Positions 1 to 11,824 of a DNA stretch of 64,000 nt are shown piece by piece. Source of the DNA: Cycas panzhihuaensis (Eukaryota > Plantae > Cycadophyta); assembly GCA_023213395.1 (NCBI GenBank), contig CM041465.1, forward strand, positions 155,751,741-155,815,740. The letters run 5' to 3'. Under the pieces are notes generated by a model. That model saw nothing but the letters and a program-made list of their open reading frames with translations, ran no database searches and had not been told where the DNA came from. Position numbers and translations under genes: made by a program. How positions within the stretch are numbered: position 1 is the first letter of the stretch; each line of letters opens with the position of its first letter.

Positions 1-1193
1 AACATCAAAGAAGAGAAGGCAAATATGAGTCACCGCTAGGCAATATCTTTTGCTCGATGGCATACTTTATAAACATTCTTTTTATGGAATTTTATTGAGA
101 TGCCTTTCTCCTGATGAAACTCTTATAGCCTTAACAACGTGCCATGAGGGAACATATGGTGGTCACTTTGGTGGCCAATCTATGGCCCAACATATCCTTA
201 GTATGGGTTATTATTGGCCTACCTTATTCAAAGATGCTTATGCCTATGTTTAGAAATGTGAAAAATGCCAATCTCACATAACTTTAATTCATAAGCCTGC
301 CCAAGAGTTGAAATCAGTTATCTCTCCTTAGTATTTCTCCCAATGGGGTTTTGATCTCATTGGTCAAATCTTTGTAGATTCATCTAACGACCATAAATTC
401 TTTATTACAACAACTAAATATTTTGTCAAATAGAGTGAAGCTATTCCATTAGTTTCAGTTACTAGAAAGGTTATTGCTACATTCATTTTTTAATATATTA
501 TTTATAAATTTGAGGTATTCGATGTTATTTTCTACTAATAATGGGTCTTCATTTTATAATCCCCATGTTAGTGAGTTAGTGATAAATTTCATATTACTAA
601 TAGACTATCTACCCCTTATCACTCTTAGGCGAATGGCCAAGTTGAGGCATTTAATAAGACTCTAGTTAAGATTTTAGCTAAAACTATTGCAACTTCTCAT
701 AGAGATTGGCATATTCAACTATTTTTGACATTGTGGGCATATAGAACTTTAATCAGAAATACTACAAGCATGATGTCGTTTTCTCTAGTTTATGGCATCA
801 AGGCTATCCTTTCATTAGAAGTTGAGACTCCTTCTCTATGGGTCTTACTAAAAGAATTCATTGATGAAGAGTTCCAAAGAGAGGCACATCTCTTAGAACT
901 TGAAAAAATAGATGAGACTTATTTATAAGCATTACAAAATAATATGGCCTCTAAAGCTAGGGTCCAAGCCACCTAAGATAGGTAGCTCTTAGGCTTAGAA
1001 AATTTTATGTTGGTGACAAGGTTTTAAAGTTGGAATATCTCCATGATAAGCAACAAAAATTTTCTCCTAAGTGGGTTGGACCTTACTTAGTTATTGATGA
1101 TTTAAATAATAGTGCTTATCGAATCTCAATAATGGAAGGCTTGGAATTTAAGAAGCCTATAAATTCTTAATACTTAAGGAAGTTCTATGCCTA
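1..1193 (+). mobile_element. Ty3/Gypsy (Tat/Ogre-type) integrase, pseudogenised
   Basis: Manual translation across stops and frameshifts gives LLRCL..CHEGTYGGHFGG..GYYWPTLFKDA..KCEKCQ (HHCC), QWGFDLIG, LWAYRT..FSLVYG, FSPKWVGPY and a YLRKFYA* end. These motifs are typical of Tat/Ogre integrases. Confidence 0.85.
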
Positions 1194-2662
1194 GCTACAT
1201 ATTATCTTTGCAATGAGGATAAACTATGGCTCTGAACTCTTCTCTTACCTAATGAGCTAAAACTATGGGCAATTCCTATTTTTATTGATTTTGTAATTTC
1301 TTTCAAACTACCTCTATTTTCATAAAGGGAATCTTCTCATAATTATATAAGCCTATTACTCCTTGTAGCATATGTATTGATTATGAGTACTTTTTCTTCA
1401 AGGTTATCAATCTTTTCCCTTTTGAGCCTTCTACTTAAGAGAGAATTTGGGCCCTAGTTTTGTTATTTATCCTTATCCTTGAGAAGAGATTTATTCACCA
1501 GCTTTAGTTACTTTATTAGTTGCTTAGGTTATATTGTTATTTATTAGTCCTTTATTTTAGAGATTCCTTCTTGGTCATCTATCACCTATTTTTCTTCCTT
1601 TTTTATTATCCTTAGTTTTCTCTCTCTATACTTTTAAGGTGAATACTCATTATGCTACCTTCTACTTACATTTGGAGATACCATGATTTAGATCTCCTCT
1701 TTCTCCTCTAATATAATCTTTAAGAAGTTTGGTCTCATTCTTTTATCTTAATTTTATTAGAAAGGATAAATCCCTATTGCATTAAGAAAGGGTACTTCAT
1801 AATTAGATGGTTATAGATTTTTTCTTATAAAATTAAAAAATTAAAAATTAAAAGAAAATCAATTAAAAAAAAAAAGTAAAAGGAAAAAGAATTTAAAAAA
1901 AAAATGTTATCATCCTCTTGTAATTAGGGGCAAGTCATGTGATAACTTCATCTCCACCTATATATATATATATATAATAGGTCAGGTTTATTTAGATGAG
2001 TTATTCAAGATGCTTGGGTCTAACTACGTGGATCCATCGTGACCTCAATTAAGATCAAACCTTACTTAGCATATTTTATTGATTATTATTATCCTAATTA
2101 TGATTTTTCCTTTTCTTCCTTGTAGTTAGAATCAACTTTTTCCTATTTACTACCATCTCCGTATTGATTAATTCCTACACTCTCCTTCATTAATCACACT
2201 ATCTCCAAATACTAATTCTATTTTCCCATGGCATTGAATATTTTCACTAATGGAGGTAGTAGAGATAACCTAGGACTATCTGTTATTACTTGGGTGATTT
2301 ATAACTAATCAGAAAATCCCCTCCTATTTGCTGACCTATTTCTACCTAGAGTAACCAACAATAAAGCCAAACATTCTGCTATTATAGGAGCAATGTCTAA
2401 TATTTCTCGATCTTACCATGGACTTATTATTATTTATTCTGACTCTTAGATTTTGGTTTACCAATTAGCTGGGATATATTAAATCTATTCTTCATGGTTT
2501 CTTTCCCTTCACCATTAGGCTTCATCATTGATCTTTTTGTTCTCTTCAATCATTATCTAGTTTGTTCCTTGGATCTTTAATACTAAAGCTAATGGTCTAG
2601 TCTCTTTTATCTTAGATGATTATTTTAACTAACTTTCATCTTTTGTTGAGGAAACCCCACTT

Positions 2663-2709
2663 TAGAATGAGTATAAACTACCACTATAGAATGAGTATAA
2701 ACTACCACT
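2663..2709 (+). repeat. Tandem duplication, 24-bp period
   Basis: TAGAATGAGTATAAACTACCACT occurs twice. Confidence 0.9.
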
Positions 2710-3559
2710 CCATAAAGAGTACAAATTATGAGTTTTAAGGATAAAAGTTTAAGTAATGTAAAGGTTAGGATGATAGGTTTAAAAGGGAAATGAAGTGTTA
2801 GAAAAGATAGACCCACATGAGAATCATGGGCTGAGAAGGGTCTTGGCAAGGGGCAAGTCCCTAAAAGCTTCTTACCCCTAGAAGCAACCAATGAGAAATC
2901 TCATATACTCGAGAAACAAATTGTTTATTAGGTGGAATTTATTTTTGATTCTATAAAGAATATGTTTTACTTAAGATATATTATATAAATATAGATTTTG
3001 GTCTATGCTTGTATAATCTATCCTGAGTATGATGTGAATTATCTATGTTTTCAAAGGGACTTATATTATTCCACTTCTATTTTTATAAACCTATTACCAT
3101 TTGATTTTTAAATGGCTTTACATTTATGATAATATAATTACTAATCTTTTCCATCTACTCCCTTTTATGTTTTTATCTATTTTCTTTCCCTTATTATTCC
3201 TTATGATTTTTCTCTTTTAAAACCCCTCTTTTACTTCAAAATGAGTATAAATTATCATGTACATATTAAACAAAAAATCTTTAAAAAAATTATAAAATGA
3301 TAAAAGACAAACAAAAAAGGAAAAAAACTATTATATGTTTTCATGGACTCTCATACTGATAGATGTATATCATTCACAATATATGAAAGAGGGATAAAAG
3401 GGGGGAAAGAGTTTAGAGTCAATCATCCATTATATTTGTTATACAAGTTATGAAGAAATTATCAATATATATAGAATATAAAATAAGTATAGTATATATG
3501 TTACTATGTGACTCATGATATAATGTCCGAGACTCATAAAATACCTCACATCTCCCTCT

Positions 3560-5949
3560 TACCTCCTCCTCATATATAAAATATGCTCATCTCTGTGAGC
3601 TTTGGTGAGACCTACCCTATACTCCTTCTCCACCCCCTCTCCTCTATCCAAAGTCTACCCATGTGTCAACTCTTTGCATGGTGGAAGATGCATTTCCTGT
3701 TGAATTGTGGTACTCTCAGATGGAGTAACTTGTCCCCCAACCAGTACCAATGCCATCCTCTATAGATGATGTCACTCATCTTCTACCACCTTGAGCTTTG
3801 AGTCCTAAAGTCTCAACTCCATTTGCATACCCTAAATCATATCACAAACCTATAACATAAGACTAAAATACACAATCTGATGCCCCAACAGTGTACAATC
3901 AATGATATTCCATGCTAGAGGTTCCTTTAACCAAAATATATAAGGGAAGATTGTTGGGAAATGTGACAACAATGGTTGGAGGCCAAAATTTTGGTATGTT
4001 AGCAACGCAGTTCCCCCCCCCAAACCTTTCTCAGGGGGTTCTAAGGAGGGCGGGCCCTTTACCGAGGGCTCTGGGGGGCGTGGAATGCGCCCCGCTAAGA
4101 GAAGGTTCGGGGGCGATAGCCCCTAACCCAAAAAATTAGCACTAAAACAATATTAAATTGTAAAGAGAATCAGGGTCGTTCGATAAAATACCCTAGATTC
4201 TACAGTCAAGATTTATACCTTGTATGTCTCTCTCATGTAGCCTGATTTAGGGCATATTTCTATATGTTGAGGTTTATTCAATGTACTGTGAGTAGGGCGG
4301 TGGTTGGTTGTTATTGCTAAGAGCACTCTACTACTGGTTATGTATATTTTCTCCATTCTATGATAATAAAGATCGATACCTTTCCTGTGTGGATGTTTCC
4401 CTAGCACACTACTAGGGTTTTACCACATTATATCAGGTGTACATTTTGTGCTTGTCTTTCTTGTTCAATTTAATATTTTATCTCTAGTTTAAGAACTTGC
4501 ATGTAATTTTAAGTTTCATTTTCTATAACTAGTTGCAAGAATGCAATAGATCTTGGTGGCGATTAAAGGGTTGGGACCTTGTATTCTCAACAAAGATCAA
4601 GTTAAACATCTTTCTAACCTCTGAAAGAGTTAGGCTCTTCTCACCTATCCATAAAAAATAAATCAATCATAATCAGTCTTCTGTATAAAGAGTAAATTAT
4701 CCAAAATCAATAATCAAATATATCAAAAACATAAATTAATCAACATACTTATTAGTTATCCTCCTCCTACTAGGTCTGCCACCATCTCCTCTCCTAGTTG
4801 TGTAACTACCTCTCTTTGAGGGTCTTAAGGAACCTCTTGAAGAGGCTCCCTCTCTTCTCCTCTACTCCCATCTCCTTCTCTCCCCTACCCATTTGTTGAA
4901 CCTAGCTCCATGCTCTATATACAGTCACCTTTATCTCCACCTTGTGTTCCATTTATCGCCTAGAGCACATCCTTACCTCGTCTCCTTCCTCCACTAATCA
5001 ATGCCTCTCCTCTCCCACCTCGACCTGCCTAATAATGTTCTCCATCTCCTCCTCCTCTACCTCCTCTCCCTCTCCCTCCACCAATAATAAGAGCCTCTCC
5101 TATTGCTGCCCTCTCTACTGCATTGGCCTTATCATCTCTCCATATAAGTAGCCCCTCATACAGATCTTCTACTAGTTGTCTCCTAGTCATCTGGCTCAAT
5201 AGAGAACTATGTGTACTCCTCACCACTATAGATATCTTATTATGAATTTGAGCCGTTATATGCCACATGTTTATTCCTAGATCTATGATGGTCAACTCTT
5301 CTAGCGCTCCACCTATCCTCATTAATGGTATATGGTCATATAGCCAACATATCAAAATAGAACTATAGGATAAACTTCCCCTACATTGCCTCCTAATCTA
5401 GGGTAACTGAAGGCACATATTATATGCTATATATTACCCCTAGTTCATCCTAATACCCTACTCACATCTCATAATTACTCTCACCCATTATGTTGGAACC
5501 CCTATGAAGTTTTAGGTTTTAGCAATCCTAAAAATGATAATAAGGGTAATAATCTTTTGTATGATGGGAATGCTCTCTATCATCCTCATTGCCTCAATGG
5601 ATATCCCATGAGGACCAAATTAATTAACAAAGAAAGTCAGATACTTGCTACAAGCCTCTTGCAACTCATTGTCAATTAATATATTCAGTTTGATCCTCTT
5701 GCCATGCCAGTTAACCCCTAATATCCTCCCAATATACTTAGGAGTTATCTGTATGTCTCTTATAGGTTGTACTTTAAATACATTCCTCCTTGAGATCTAA
5801 CAGCTCATAAAATCTTGATGGATCTCATACTCCATCACCAACTAGGTTAAGCCACTCACTCGAGATAGACCATATGCTCTCAATAGGGCCTAATCCTCCT
5901 TAGTTAATTGATTGATCAACTCCCCAATTACCAATATGTCATTCTCCAT
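3560..5949 (-). pseudogene. Degenerate Plant Mobile Domain (PMD)-like extra ORF, antisense within the Gypsy 3' region
   Basis: Minus-strand reading from the ATG at 5949: MENDILVIGELINQLTKED*ALLRAYGL...IQITPKYIGRILGV; later ICWLYDHIP (~5350) and IYRGWHWYWLGDKLLHLRVPQF (~3700-3770). Order and spacing resemble PMD motifs (TIT.EDV..ILG; LQ.W.YEH; Y..RV.RQF). Many stops. Confidence 0.5.
3997..4530 (+). mobile_element. Probable solo LTR (Copia-like)
   Basis: TGTTA...TAAC(T) termini, GC-rich GGGGGCG..GCCCC hairpins near the 5' end, and an LTR-type GTGGATGTTT..GGGTTTTACCAC motif at ~4388-4427. No clear TSD. Confidence 0.45.
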
Positions 5950-6789
5950 GGTATCTATCCTCTCTAGAGGCTACATCACATCAAAAGTAATCATGTTATA
6001 CTCTAATTTTCACTTTTCAAAACCTTTTATTTTTTTATTTTCTCTTTCAAAATAAAAAAATATAATATAATAGTCAAAAATATGACTGTTCACTGAAAAA
6101 TACAACAAAACAATCAAAAACATGATTTATTTATCAAAAATATGATCTTGCAATTCTTGTGCTATACTATCAAATCATGTTTTTGATAATTTAATTACAT
6201 TTTTAGCTCTATTCCTACATTTTTTTACTTTGTATTATCGCATTTTTATTTTAAAAATTTTATTTTAAAAAAAAATTATAAATTAGACTTACTAGATATC
6301 TAACTCCCATTGCATCATCTCTATCTCCATCTCTTGGAGCTAATCCTTCATCAAGATAGCTCTAAATCATCTCCTAAATCAAGTGGTAAGGGCCCTCTAG
6401 ATTATTGATTTTCCAACTCCTTCATGTGAAAATGAAACTTAATATATTAATTTTTCTTATAAAAATGGTGAGGCCTTTCTCCTTACTTTTTAGATAATTT
6501 TTTTTCTTTCATCTATTTTGTTTGTCTAAGTTAATATTGTCCTCTTTCAACAATTATCCCTCGATAAAATCTTTTGAAATTAGAAAATAATATATCTTCC
6601 ATCGATCAGGGTTATTATTAACTTTAATTTACTCATCTTTCAAAGGACATTTTGAAGGCCTAAATATGGTGTTCCTTACTTATTCTGATACTTATTTCAA
6701 TCCTTATTTTAGCCCCTAAAAAGCTTTGAGCCCTCTTATTTATTAAAGAGCCTAAATTATAACAGTATAAAGCTTAAAATTCTCTCTCC

Positions 6790-6912
6790 TAATAATGAGT
6801 TTAAACTATGATGGAAGGCTTTGAAAAGTCACCTACTAATGAGCTAAAACTATGGCAGTCTAAGGCTCTTTAAAAGTCACTTGTTAATGAGCCCAAAAAT
6901 TATGACAGTCTA
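6790..6912 (+). repeat. ~46-bp degenerate tandem repeat (3 units) in the Gypsy 3' region
   Basis: Units resemble GTCACCTACTAATGAGCTAAAACTATGGCAGTC. Confidence 0.8.
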
Positions 6913-9399
6913 TCCTTTATGCTCTAACAAAAAGGGTTTTCCTTTGAAGTTTTAAGTCCCATCTACTTTATGGGCATCTAGTGTTGTTTTCACTTGAGTG
7001 AGTGTAAGCCCTATCTGTTTGATAGACATTTTGGTAGTACTCTTTAGCTTGTCAATCTAGTGATGTTAGGGTTTGTTTAGTTTGATTGTAGTGCCTTTTG
7101 TAGACTAATTTTCCATCATTCACATATCCCATCCAAATCTTTTATCTATTTAAGAAATCCTTTATCATGATTATTATCACCTTTTATCATACTACTCCTC
7201 TTTTGAAGTAGGAGCTTCAGGTGCCAAGGGAGCAAATGTTTTACTAAAACTTAGACCTTAGTTAATCTTCCTTATCATAATAAGTTTTCTATTTTATTTA
7301 TATTTTATTCAATTGACTGAAACTTGTTCTATATTGTACTAGGATGTGTTTTAATGAAATGTATTATTAGTTTTCTAGGTGCTATATATTAAATAATGAT
7401 GATTGCATTATTATATTTTTTCACTTATCGATGAGTGAAAACTATAGTAATAAAATCTCACTTATATGATCATTTAGACTCACTTTTTCCCTTGAAACTC
7501 TTACATGGTTCGTTCCTTTCTCTTGATTTTATCTTCAAATCATCCTTTTCTATAATTTTTGGGCTTGTGCTTATAGTTTTCACCCCTTTTGGGTTGTTTT
7601 TTTTATATTGATTAAGTTATTTTATTTAAATTTTTAATAAATTTTACTTTTTGACTTTTTTAATGATTGATTTTTACTTTTTGATTCATCACATTTTTTG
7701 CTCTACTACAAATATGATCAATCGTATTCTGTTAATAAAGTCATATTTTTAGTTATTAATAAAATGTGACTGGTAACATTTTTTATTGTTATGCATGCAA
7801 TTATTTTTTAATTAATACCCTATTTTTATATGTTGCCACTTAGATTTGGTGGAAACTGACTCCATTCATATCCACAACCCTCTAAAACCCTAATGTGGTG
7901 ATTCATTTGTATATGATAAGTTTGATAAAAAGATTTTGAGAGTGATTCTTGAGAATTTGAGAGATTTTACTTAGTAATTTGAAGATCTATCTTAGGAAAA
8001 AAAAAAAGTGAAGTCAAGAGAAGATATGGGGAGCTCTGTTTATTGACTAATGACTATATGAATTTCATTTATTACTACTTCTTAAGGTATTAAGGTATTT
8101 TTCCTTGGGAAACCTTGGCTAAAAGGTCAACTCTTTGTGGGAAAGAAAAGAGGTAGCCTATTGTGAAGAAAGATCCATCTCTTCACGATAAGGCATAACT
8201 ACTCTCTCTCATTCTCCTCAGTTGTCCATGCTTCCCAAAGTCTCACATTTTCTTTATTTTTGGCTATTGTTGAGCTTGTTCTTCCCAGTTTTCTTCCTCT
8301 TTCATGCTTATTTTAGGGGAAATTTTAAGAATGGTTCATCACATTGAAGGGAGATAATTATTCTGAGGCAAGAATTCATCATTAAAATTAAAATTTCTAA
8401 AAAAATTATTAGTGCTTTGCTTCTTGGCTTTATCTTTTTATTTTCTCTCATTTAAAAAAGGACCTTGTATGCATGAATGATATATTATTACAGCAATTAG
8501 TTTACATGAGGTTCAAAGATCCCATGGTGTCTAAAAACTCTATGAGTCATAGAATCTCTTTATGATTCTAATCTACTATTTTCTAGTAAGAATACCAACT
8601 ATGGCTAATTACATATGAGTTTTATGGGCTACATATCATTCTTAGTTGTTAAAAATCACATATGAAATCTCTCAATTCTATTTGAATCATTCTTAAAAGT
8701 TAGAATAACATATGCATAAAAATGAAAAACTTCATCTAAACATTACGTGTTATTTTATCTTTCATCAAGTTGTATATATAACTATATATCATAATATTTA
8801 CATTTCATGCTAGTGGTTTTGGTTTTCGAAAATAAGTGTGCTTTGCATATCTAAGAGATAGTATTTCTTTCATCTTCGTGTTCTTTGTTTAAAAAAAAAG
8901 AAAAAAGTAGTGTGTATGATTTATTTTCTTAGTTGATTTTGAAAAGAATATAGTTAGAGCTTTTTGTCTCATTATTATTTCTTATGTTTTCATTAAAACA
9001 ACAAAAAGAATTTAAAAAGAAACTTTCCATTACTTCACTCTTTCCTTTATTTTAGTACACCTAAAAAGTCAATACAATACTAGAAAAGGAGTCCTTAAGA
9101 AGGATATAAAAAATATTATCAATATAATTTTGGACTTAGAACTCCTTTACTTATTCATGTAGGCTATTGGATTCCAATACTTCATCTTATATCCTAGCCT
9201 TTTGTTATTATATGCATATCCAAAACAAATGACATAAACAAGTAGAGACTCCTTCTTAGGAGTTGGCAAAGGTGGTCCCTTAGGTTTCCATAGGCTTTTT
9301 ATCTCTTGATCTAGACTCAAAATGGAGGAAACTTAACACTAATAAAGGATATTTAGCCTAGACCCAACTAAAGCATCCTAGTATATAAATAGGGAAGTA

Positions 9400-9795
9400 T
9401 CCATCATAGTTTTACCTTGTTAATGGTCAAGGTTTAAAGGACTTGTTATAGTTTAGCCTCTTTTAACAATTGATTTTCAGAGGAAATGACTACCATAGTT
9501 TAGGAACATTAGTAGGTGACTCTTTGGAGCATAATTGTCATAGTTTAGACTCTTTGATAGATGGATTTTTAGAGCAAAAAGAACCTATCATGGTTTATCC
9601 TCATCAATAATTAACTTTTAAAGGAAAGGTCACCATAGTTTTACCTCTTTAGTGATGATCTCAAATCTTAAGAGAGAAAATTATGAGAGTTCAAAGAAAA
9701 TACACTCATCACGAGTATAGGATAGGGACTACCATATTTTAAGCTCTTTAGTAGGTAACCTTTTAGAGTCATAGTTTAACCTTGTTATAGAGGTG
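9400..9795 (-). repeat. Array of ~8 copies of the same ~45-bp repeat, on the minus strand
   Basis: Repeated (C/T)CATAGTTTA..CTC.TT. The reverse complement of ~9488-9521 is GTCACCTACTAATGTTCCTAAACTATGGTAGTC. Confidence 0.8.
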
Positions 9796-10620
9796 GGAAT
9801 GGGTTATGTACAAAATAGACTTTGGCTTAAGATTTCTCCCAACTCAAGCTCATAGATGATGATGTTTGATTATATAGGATACAAGAAAGTTAGCTTTAAT
9901 GTTTTGGGTTTTTGGAATTTACTGAATGAAGATGCTTAGAAATTGTGATAACAGAGTGATCACTTAACAAAATAGAGAATGTAGATGAGTAGAATATGTT
10001 TGATAAACTTGAGTAAGTTAGAAAACCAAGATTTGAGACTCTAAGAATAAGTTGATCAGTCCATTATAAAAACTAAGTACATTTAAAAGAGTTCTAATAA
10101 TAGCAAGGTATTCATCTTGATTGGTAGTTACTTAGGGAATAAAGAAACCATTACTAGTGATAATAATTCCCCCATGGTCATGAATAAACCATGTTGAGGT
10201 AGTAATTCTAGGGTTCCCTTAGCTCCCAATGTGAGTATAAATGTTCAAGGCCATAATAGGGAAATAATATAAGCTCAAAGATAGATTGACAAATAAGGGG
10301 AAGGTGTAGGAATCACCTTATCAAGGTTATGACTTAGTCTTAATATAAATTAGGACTTCATAGTTTGATTTGATTATGAAGGACACCTTTTTCCTAAGTC
10401 ATGGGATAACCTTCCATATGTCAAATAGGTTTTGATCATAGTTGAGACCACGAGGGGTCCAAACAACTAGATCCAATTCTCCTATATGATGCACGCAGCC
10501 ATATCTAAATTGCATGATACAAGTGGAGAGGAAGTCAATACATGACTTACCCTAGATGCCTGAGGGTGCTAACAATTATGTACAATATATATACACTTTT
10601 TTTTATGTTCCTTTTTTTTT
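9400..10620 (-). mobile_element. Second Tat/Ogre-family 3' region fragment, inverted relative to the first
   Basis: 10424-10476 and 10522-10552 match the reverse complements of 2015-2066 and 1928-1958; the repeat array is shared. Confidence 0.65.
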
Positions 10621-11039
10621 TCTTTTGATTTATTTGTTTCTTTTTTTCTCTTTTCCTTTTTTTTTTTTTAAGGAAGAGCGTAACTCCATACAATAATTCA
10701 AACGAGGGTTATGGTGAATCAGCCATTATTGAACCCACTTTTTGGGTAACTCATCTTATCCACTCTCATGCCTGTTAAGAAAATAGGTGACTATGATCAT
10801 CATGTGATCCTCATCGAGATGTGGTGGATGAATGTAATTAAGACTTAGGAAAGTATGGTCATGATTTATCAAACTATGGAGGGTTAGGCTCCTAAGAGAT
10901 ATGCATATGGAGAAGACTAAGATCACATCCTTAAGAGATGAACTATGATTAAAGTGTCTTTAAGAGGAGAGGAAATGGCCTTGAGCAGCTTATTACTGAG
11001 GAGTAGGAGGGTTATTGTCAATATAATTGGCCTTAATAT

Positions 11040-11824
11040 TGGGTATCCAATAAATCATGAGTAATAAGTAGGAGTTCTAATACATAGGCCACTTCACCAA
11101 TATATTAGAGGACCTTATAAGAGATATAATAGTGAGGATTTAACTTATGGTTCCTATGATATTTAAGAGATTATTACTTATACAATTAAAGGCATAGGAA
11201 TACAAGATCACCAATGGAAAAAAGAGCAATTTGAATAATGGTGGTCTGCTAATTATTTCATTCAATCCTAGGCTATAACTAAATTTTACTTAAGGGTGTT
11301 TAAAGTTTAGTTCATGTGTTGGAGTTTTTGTTGTACGATAATGATAGAAAAGTTACTAGCTAATATATGGTGGGATGGTACATGGTAACTAAAAAGGCCA
11401 TGAATGGTAACATCCCTATGGCTAAGTGGTGAAAGGAATTATACTAATATTTTATAAGGGCTACTTATGATGACAATCTTGCTTAGTGGTCGAATGCAAA
11501 ACAATACAAGTTTCTAGTATTTTGTTAAGAACTTTTAATTGGCCATTCATTTAAGGGTGATAAGAAGAATATATATTAGATGATATGCGTGAAGCTTGAA
11601 AGGGTTCTTACTAAAAGGAACTAGTGAACTTGAGATCTCAATCATAGATGATGGTTAATGAAAAGATATGTAAGAAAAATATTATTTACAAGTAAAGATT
11701 CACAATGCACAATGCTTTATATAAAATGTGAGCTAGCAAAGCACTATAAGGGCTCGTAGAATCTACCATACGATTGTACAATATATGAAAAAATATAAAA
11801 TTTTGTAGGTGTATGGATTTCATA
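11040..11824 (-). mobile_element. Gypsy integrase fragment, diverged second copy of 12280-12960
   Basis: Visible direct homology, e.g. 11068 GTAGGAGTTCTAATACATAGGCCACTTCACCAATAT vs 12283 GTAGGAGTTCTAAAGCATAGGTCACTTCACCAATAT. Confidence 0.75.

Larger units (their letters stand above)
1194..7236 (+). mobile_element. Long 3' internal region of the Tat/Ogre element, ending at a putative polypurine tract (PPT)
   Basis: Follows the integrase stop and carries repeated motifs. Ends in AAGGGAGCAAA-TG (7226-7238), resembling a Tat/Ogre PPT/LTR junction. The LTR end was not located. Confidence 0.5.

Noticed and set aside
3560-5949. Link between the 'aminotransferase-like' PMD label and the nearby AlaAT gene
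   Set aside because: The PMD name is a historical annotation. No sequence similarity to AlaAT is seen, so the proximity is coincidental.
6790-9795. CRISPR-like repeat/spacer array
   Set aside because: Eukaryotic retrotransposon context, degenerate units with related spacers, and no cas genes.
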